NCBI GenBank assembly: GCA_048213135.1
Contig: PS015595.1
Coordinates: 1-36,027, forward strand
Direction of reading: 5' to 3'
Source of the DNA: Reclinomonas americana ATCC 50394
Lineage: Eukaryota
Length of the DNA stretch: 36,027 nt
The position numbers and the translations under genes were made by a program. Below, in pieces: positions 28,412 through 36,027 of the stretch. A model generated the notes under the pieces. The model made no database searches. It was not told where the DNA came from and saw only the letters and a program-made list of their open reading frames with translations. Positions within the stretch are counted from its first letter, which is position 1, and the number at the start of each line of letters is the position of its first letter.

Positions 28412-29111
28412 TGTGTACCACCACTTCATTTTTTCTCCTTTGTGTTGTGTTGTTTTTTTCTTTCGTTGTTGTATGCATAGTTGGTGGTGGTTGATTGATT
28501 GAGGAGAAGGGGGAGATAGAGAGCGAGAGAGCGAGGCAGCAAATCTGGTTGTCTATTGTTTGTTTGTTGTTAATTTGTTGGAAAGGGTGGCTGGTGGCTG
28601 CGAATGAGAAAAATACACGGCTCAGTTTTGATTGCGAAAAGTGGGGGGAGAAGGGGGCGAAGGAGGAGAAGGGGAAGGAGGAGAAGGAAAAGGAGAGGAG
28701 GAGAAGGAGAAGGATTCACCGGGAACAAGAGAAGGAGGGGTGCGGAGGCGAGGGAAAGGTGAGGAGAGCGCTGCGAGAGAAGAATGGGAAGAAGAGGAGA
28801 GAGGACAACGATGCAGAAAAATGGACCGCAACTCGAGAAGAGAAGCTGCTAGAACGTGCTGAGAATTGAGACAACACGTCGCTGCAACCATGGATACTTC
28901 GCCAACACAGCAGTGCCGATCGCGATCGATATCAGCGTCCAGCAAAAGGAGAATACTGCGCGCGCGCGCTGATCGTCTTCTTCTCATGGTGCGGAGGTGG
29001 AAGTCTTCACGAAAGAAGAAGAACAAAAGCGTGTGCATTCGATCGCCATTCACCCTTCACCCTTGAAGCTTCATCTTTTCTCCACTACCCCTTCTCCTCT
29101 CCCTCGATATC

Positions 29112-29364
29112 CAATCAAAGTGACAAACGTCGCAAATACCGTGTCCCGATCGCATCCAATCACCAATCAACAACCACGAGCGCACAAACTCGCATAAACA
29201 GCACACTGGCCACACTCTCCACCTCTCTTCCTCTCCCCTTCGAAACAATCAAAGTGACAAACGTCGCAGATACCGTGTCCCGATCGTATCCAATCACCAC
29301 GAGCTCGCAATCAAGAACTGCATGTCACGAGCGCACAACCTCGCATAGACAGCACACTCGCCAC
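29112..29364 (+). promoter_or_regulatory. Direct duplication (~100-120 bp, two copies) rich in CCAAT/CAATC motifs upstream of the SPX-EXS gene
   Basis: CAATCAAAGTGACAAACGTCGCARATACCGTGTCCCGATCGYATCCAATCACCA occurs at 29112 and 29246, 110-360 bp before the ATG. The regulatory role is inferred from position only. Confidence 0.45.
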
Positions 29365-29368
29365 CATC

Positions 29369-29404
<36 letters not shown>

Positions 29405-29470
29405 GCGCACATTTCACTTCTTTGGCGGGAACAATCAAAACTCTCTCCTTTTGCAAGTACGTCGTAGACA

Positions 29471-32400
29471 ATGAAGTTTGGCAAGCACCTGGAGGAGCAC
29501 TCGGTGCCAGAGTGGGAGTCCATGTACCTCAACTACAAGGGACTGAAGAAGCTGCTGGCGGCGACCGCGAAACTCCTCAAACTACGCGAGTCGGAGCCGC
29601 TGTTGCAGGGCGATGAGTCGAAGCGCATTCAGGAGAAGATAAGGTGAGGAGATGGGGATGAGATGGGGAGGAGAATGGGAGGAGAANNNNNNNNNNNNNN
29701 NNNNNNNNNNNNNNNNNNNNNNNNNNNNNNNNNNNNNNNNNNNNNNNNNNNNNNNNNNNNNNNNNNNNNNNNNNNNNNNNNNNNNNNNNNNNNNNNNNNN
29801 NNNNNNNNNNNNNNNNNNNNNNNNNNNNNNNNNNNNNNNNNNNNNNNNNNNNNNNNNNNNNNNNNNNNNNNNNNNNNNNNNNNNNNNNNNNNNNNNNNNN
29901 NNNNNNNNNNNNNNNNNTGTGGGGGATGATGCGCAATCAATCGTCACTATCGATTCAGCTGATCGCACCTTCTCGTCATGCTTTCACTGTGTCAGTTGGC
30001 GCATCTCTCTCTCTCTTTCTCTCTGTGCCTCTCTATCTCTCGCTCTCGCGCTCTCTCACTCTGTGTATGCGTGTGTATTTCTGTTTCTGTGATCATTGTG
30101 CTTCTCCCTCGCGAAGTCATGTTCCTCTGTGCCTTCTTTCTGTGCATGATCGCACCTCTTGTCATGGTGTTCTCACGGTGTCAGTTTGCGCATCTCTCTC
30201 ACTGTGTGTATGTGTGTGCGTGTGTGTGTGTGCGTACGATTGTGCTGTTTCCTCGCGTGGTCGTGCCTGTTTGTTTCTTCTGAGAACATGATCGCACCTT
30301 CTTTTCATGCCTTCTCTCACTGTGTCAGTTTACGCATCTCTCTTGCACTGTGTTTGCGTGCCTACGATTCCCTGCATTGTCATGTTCCTCCGTTCCTTTC
30401 TCTTTGAGCGATCTGTGAATCATGATTGTTTCATGCTTTCTCTCAGGTTGCATGTCTCACTGGCGTGCCCTTTCTGCATGATCGCTCCTTGTCGCGCTCT
30501 TTCTCACTCGTTTGCGCATCTTCTGTGTGTACGACTGTGCATTCTCCTCGCGTTGTCATGTTCCTCTGCCTCCATCTTCTATGACAAAGAGCATGATCGC
30601 TCCTTGTCATGCTTTCTCTCACTGTGTCAGTTTGCGCACCTCTCTCTCTCTATCTTTGTATCTCACTGTGCGTGTGTGCCGTCTCTCTGCAGTTGGTGCA
30701 CGCAGAAGGCGTGATCGGTCCTTGTCGTGTTTCTCTCTCTCTCTCTCGCTGTCTTTGTATCTGTGACGATTGTGCTTATCTCCCTTCTCTCTCTCTGTAT
30801 TGCCTTCCTTGTCATGTACCTCTGTCTGTGTCTCTCCTTCATAATCCATGAGGCGAGAGTGAGCATCTGACTGCGACAATGGTCAAGGAGAGGAAGAAGA
30901 ACGGCCTGCACGAGTTGTCCATCCATTCCCCCCCCCTCCCTCACTCCCCTTTTCCCACACAGCCTCATTCGCGAGCGCTTCAACTTCCCGGTGCTGCCCG
31001 ACCACGTCGACGAGAGCGCGGTGCTCGGCCGCGAGGCCTCCATCGGACTCTTCCTTGGCGTGTTCGACAGCGAGATCGAAAAAGTCAACAACTTCTTCTC
31101 CGACAAGTGGTCGCTCGCCGAGCAGCGATGGCAAGACCTGAAGGACGACGCGTCGGAGCTGCTGCGGCTGGACAGCGGCAGCAAGTCGTACCAGTCGGCG
31201 GCGCGCAAGCTGGAGATCAACTTTCAGGAGCAGTACCAGTTGTTGTATCATTTGCAGGTGAGTGGGACGAGAGAAAGGGAGAAGGGCAAGACGCACCGAA
31301 GTGAGAAGACTGTGAGCGTGTGAGTGGCATGCTGTCTTGATGTCGCTTGGCAGACGAGGTGTGGAGAGGAGAGAGCAAAGCGAGAAAGTGAGCGAGTATC
31401 GATTAGTTGTCGCGCCAAGAGCTGGAGTGATGGTATAATAGTGTGAGCGAGCAACATGTCGTCTTGATGTTCCGACAGCAGCAGGTGATTTTGTGCGAGT
31501 TAACGAGCGAAAGGCAATCGACGATTCTGTTCAGAGACAGAGTGGAGAGCAAGTGCAGTGCCATCTGCAGGTGATTTGAGGGAACTTGTGCGCGAGTTGG
31601 TGGACGAGAGTCAATCAGCGGTTCCTTACAGGGATGGAGTTAGTGGATGAGATGCCGTCTTACAGTCCCGAGTTTCTGTGTCACCTGCAAGTGGTTTGAG
31701 GGCATCTGTGGGTGAGATAGCGAGCGCCGTATAATCAGAAGTTGCAAACAGACAAAGTGAGCGAGTGACATATCGATTTGCTGTTTCGAGAGCAGCAGCA
31801 AATAATATGAGGGCAATTGCGGGTGAGCTTGTGAGCAGAAGCTGTGTTGCAGTGAGAAGAATAGTATTTGAGCGTGCATCTCACTTGTCTTTCCCTTTCC
31901 CTCCCCTCCACAGAACTACTGCATTCTCAACTACACCGCCGGCTTCAAGATCCTCAAAAAGATGCGCAAGGCCTCGCGCTTCGAAACCACTGCCGAGTTG
32001 GCACGCCTCAAATCGGAGCCGTTTTATCGCGGTATGGACGACGCCGAGCAGATGCGCGAGGAGTTGGAACAGCTGTACACGACCGCTTTCAAGGGCAACA
32101 AACGCGCCGAGGCCATGAAGGAGCTGCGCACGCCGACGGCGGAGCCGCCGCAGGAGACCAACGCCTTTCACGCCGGCCTCTTCACCGGCGCCTTTGTCAT
32201 CCAGCTCGTGGTCATTGTGTACGTCTTTGTCAACGACACCTCCCTGCCGCTGCTCAATCGGGTGGATTTCGCGGCCGATTTTGCCATTTTCCGTGGCCTA
32301 TCACTGTTGGTGGTGGCCGGGTGGATGTGGGCCGCCAACGTCACAGTGTGGCATCGGTGCAAGATCAACCACGTCTTTATTTTCGACTTTGATGTGCGCT

Positions 32401-34643
32401 CGCGCATGTCGCGGCAGGATATTCTTCTCGTCGCCGCCGCGTACTCCTTCTTCCTGTCGGTCATGTTCCTGCTCTTCCTGACCACCATCACCAACACCAT
32501 GACGATTGCCGGCCTGCCGCACCAGGTGTACACGTACGCCGCGCTGACCACCACGGTGGCTGTGCTGTTTGGTCCACTGCCGCTCTTCTTCCACAAGAGT
32601 CGGTTGTACATGCTGCGCACACTGGCGCGCATCGTGATGGCACCGTTCTTTGTCGTCTTGTTCCAGGACCTCTTCCTCGGCGATCAGCTGACCAGCATGT
32701 CGCCTCTGTTCATCGATTTGGTGTCGGGGGTGGCGTCGTGGGCGTCGGGCGAGTCGGCGTTCAGTTCGCGCTTCCGCAAGTACACCGCCGTCACGTTTTA
32801 CATGCTGCCGAATGTGTTTCGCTGTCTCCAGTGCTTCCGACGGTACCGCGATTCGGATCATCAGCGGGTGCATTTGTGGTGAGTGAGGGGGAAAGAGAGG
32901 GGAGGGGAGGAAGAAGGGGGCAAGGGAGAGCGAGGAGATGGAAGATGGAGGAGGGAGGACAAGGGATAGCGAGGAAGGACGGTGGGAATAGGGGAGCGAG
33001 GAAGTAAGTGAATAGACTGCGCGACGAGGGGAGAGTATGGTGCGTCAGAGGGGGCTTCGTGAGGAAATAGGGGAGCAGAGAAAGCTCAGGATTGAGGCGG
33101 AAGTGGAACGTCTTTCAGTGTGTGAACAGTGTGCTTTCGTCCTCCATCGTGAAGTCCGAGCGACTGCGTATCAGTCAGAGTGAATGGAGAGGGAGAGAGA
33201 GAGAACACTTGAATTTATCGGGCACTCCATGTGTCTTTCTCCGACATCTGCGCCATCGCTGACTTCGATTCCTTGCCCCTTTCGCGCAGGAACGCCGCCA
33301 AGTACTGCTCCTCCTTCCCCTCCATCATCCTCGCTGCGCTCCACTCGAATAACATTGCCAAGTTGCGTTTCATGCCCCTTTATGGAATTCCTTGAGCCGC
33401 GAGAACACACCGTCCCCCCCCCCCCCCCACCACACACACACACACNNNNNNNNNNNNNNNNNNNNNNNNNNNNNNNNNNNNNNNNNNNNNNNNNNNNNNN
33501 NNNNNNNNNNNNNNNNNNNNNNNNNNNNNNNNNNNNNNNNNNNNNNNNNNNNNNNNNNNNNNNNNNNNNNNNNNNNNNNNNNNNNNNNNNNNNNNNNNNN
33601 NNNNNNNNNNNNNNNNNNNNNNNNNNNNNNNNNNNNNNNNNNNNNNNNNNNNNNNNNNNNNNNNNNNNNNNNNNNNNNNNNNNNNNNNNNNNNNNNNNNN
33701 NNNNNNNNNNNNNNNNNNNNNNNNNNNNNNNNNNNNNNNNNNNNNNNNNNNNNNNNNNNNNNNNNNNNNNNNNNNNNNNNNNNNNNNNNNNNNNNNNNNN
33801 NNNNNNNNNNNNNNNNNNNNNNNNNNNNNNNNNNNNNNNNNNNNNNNNNNNNNNNNNNNNNNNNNNNNNNNNNNNNNNNNNNNNNNNNNNNNNNNNNNNN
33901 NNNNNNNNNNNNNNCCCCACCCCCCCCCCCCACCCCCCCCACCCACACACACACACACGCCTTTATCACCTTGTTCCCTCGCCTCACCACTCACCCTTTT
34001 CCGCAGGGAGATCACCTGGCCGGCCTGGCTGGTGTTCTCCGCGCTCTCCGCCGTCTTTAAACTATACTGGGACTTCATCAAGGACTGGAGCATCCTCAAC
34101 TTTTCGCAGCGGCGCAACTTTGCGCTGCGCAAAGTGATCAAGTACCCGGCGTGGACCTACTACGTGGCCATCCCGTTCAACATCATTCTGCGCTTCACGT
34201 GGCTCATCCAGATGTTTGTGATGATCGAGAGCGACATTTTCCAGCACGGTCTCGAGTTGCTGTTTGCGGTGCTGGAGGTGCTGCGTCGCTTCGTGTGGAA
34301 CTTTTTCCGCCTGGAGAACGAGCACGTGAACAACTGCGATCAGTTCCGCGCCGTCAAGCTCACGCCGCTGCCGTACTTTGCGTCGGAGAAGGCGGCGGCG
34401 CTGTCGCCGGCCGCCGCCTCCACCGCACGCTACACCATGGGCGTTGTCGCGCCGCCGTCGCCCCCACCGCCACCGTCGCAAGTGCCGCCATCGCCGGGGG
34501 TGAATCTGCTGACGCCGTCGGCGGCCATGCAGTGGCGGCAGCCGTTTTCCGATTCCACTGCGTCCGCGCAGCTGCGCAGTGCGAGGGAGGTGGCCATGGA
34601 GATGGATTTGCCGTTTGTGTCGAGGTTTGCGGAGACGGAGTGA
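29471..34643 (+). CDS. XPR1: SPX-EXS domain phosphate exporter (XPR1/SYG1/PHO1 family), 713 aa, 5 exons
   Basis: Exons 29471-29643, 30963-31257, 31914-32878, 33290-33361 and 34007-34643 splice in frame (2142 nt). SPX motifs: MKFGKHL...PEWESMYLNYKGLKK, EIEKVNNFF, LNYTAGFKILKK. EXS motifs: KINHVFIF, DLFLGDQLTS, RCLQCFRRYRD, HLWNAAKY, YWDFIKDW, NIILRFTW, LEVLRRFVWNFFRLENEH. Confidence 0.95.
29950..30830. repeat. Degenerate repeat array in intron 1 of the SPX-EXS gene
   Basis: Units of about GATCGCWCCTT...CACTGTGTCAGTTTGCGCATCTCTCT start at about 29961, 30148, 30290, 30480, 30595 and 30713. Confidence 0.8.
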
Positions 34644-35238
34644 AGGGAAAAGGAGGAGGAGGGAGGAAGACAAACAATCGCGACATGCTCTCTTGTGACA
34701 CCTGCTCTACTTTTGCGTGCTTCCCGGATCTCGACCGGCTTCGCCTTGGCGCTGAAATAGACAATGCTCGCGCTTCTGATATCCGTACCCCTTCGTCTGA
34801 NNNNNNNNNNNNNNNNNNNNNNNNNNNNNNNNNNNNNNNNNNNNNNNNNNNNNNNNNNNNNNNNNNNNNNNNNNNNNNNNNNNNNNNNNNNNNNNNNNNN
34901 NNNNNNNNNNNNNNNNNNNNNNNNNNNNNNNNNNNNNNNNNNNNNNNNNNNNNNNNNNNNNNNNNNNNNNNNNNNNNNNNNNNNNNNNNNNNNNNNNNNN
35001 NNNNNNNNNNNNNNNNNNNNNNNNNNNNNNNNNNNNNNNNNNNNNNNNNNNNNNNNNNNNNNNNNNNNNNNNNNNNNNNNNNNNNNNNNNNNNNNNNNNN
35101 NNNNNNNNNNNNNNNNNNNNNNNNNNNNNNNNNNNNNNNNNNNNNNNNNNNNNNNNNNNNNNNNNNNNNNNNNNNNNNNNNNNNNNNNNNNNNNNNNNNN
35201 NNNNNNNNNNNNNNNNNNNNNNNNNNNNNNNNGCAGAG

Positions 35239-35867
35239 ATGCGGTTGCCTCTTCTGCTCCTTTTTCTCACTCTGGTCGCCACCGTCGCCTTTACTTGCGC
35301 CCGCGCCGCCACTGCCCGCGAAGACCTTGAGTCGTTAGAGGAGCTGGTGAACAGCCTTTCGCCGCAGTTTGCCAGCGGTGAGGACGACGAGGAGATCAAT
35401 GATTTCAGTGCGAGCGAATTGTTGGAGTTGCTTGAGGCAGCCCGGCATGAAGACTTGGTGCATGCCATGAGTCAGGTGGAGATCCCAGCATTGCCAGTGT
35501 ACGGCAACTGGTGAGCACACACGACGGAGTGTTCTTCGTACGCGTATTGTACTCATCCGTGCGCATGCGCAGGTGTGGTCCTCATGTTGCGTGCACGACA
35601 CTGCTGATATTCATGCCCAGTTGTTGTTGTTGTTGTTGTTGTTGTTGACGTTGTTGTGCTTCGATGTGAGTAGTATGGCAACGGCACTCCCATTGACCGT
35701 GCCGACGGCTTCTGCAAGGTGACTTCTTTGAGTATGTGTGTGTGTCTTGAAGCTCTCTCGCTCATGGCCATGGCGCTACTGTGACTGGTGTAGGTTCATG
35801 ACAGGTGCTATGGTGAGGCTATGCGACGAAACAATGGCGTGTGGGCCATGGATCCGTGTTGCGACAA
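35239..35867 (+). CDS. Secreted Ca2+-dependent phospholipase A2 (His-Asp type), 3' end beyond the window
   Basis: Signal peptide MRLPLLLLFLTLVATVAFTCARA, then an acidic segment. Exons 35239-35510, 35573-35585, 35674-35718 and 35794-35867 give YGNWCGPHYGNGTPIDRADGFCKVHDRCYGEAMRRNNGVWAMDPCCD. This contains the Ca-binding loop YGxWCG and the catalytic CxxHDxCY motif. Confidence 0.88.
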
Positions 35868-35898
35868 GTTGAGCGTCGAGTATTCCACTCTCTCTCTC

Positions 35899-36004
<106 letters not shown>

Positions 36005-36027
36005 CTACTACTACCTACCTACCTACC

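Overview
Gapped scaffold from an intron-rich eukaryote, probably a protist (not identifiable from the sequence). The ORF track is mostly spurious because exons are short, so gene models were built by hand using GT-AG joins that keep the reading frame. Six genes result. (1) A PAF-acetylhydrolase/Lp-PLA2-like alpha/beta hydrolase (+, 1478-3700, start in a gap). (2) A giant minus-strand gene (20252-3737, about 68 exons, roughly 2,400 aa) with a signal peptide, many Pmp-like GGA(I/V)/FxxN beta-helix repeats, Cys-rich repeats and about 9 TM helices. (3) A tetraspanin-like protein (-, 24971-21421). (4) A Ser/Pro-rich unknown protein whose 5' contig may be misoriented (26752-28411). (5) An SPX-EXS phosphate exporter of the XPR1/SYG1/PHO1 family (+, 29471-34643, 713 aa). 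(6) A secreted PLA2 (+, from 35239, runs off the window). The most striking signal is in the splice donors: about 18 of about 92 manually inferred 5' splice sites are +1-shifted (GTTNNG[T/C], 10 of them GTTGCG) and almost all lack the exonic -1 G. Large introns are filled with private degenerate tandem repeats. No CRISPR array, RNA gene or transposase could be supported.
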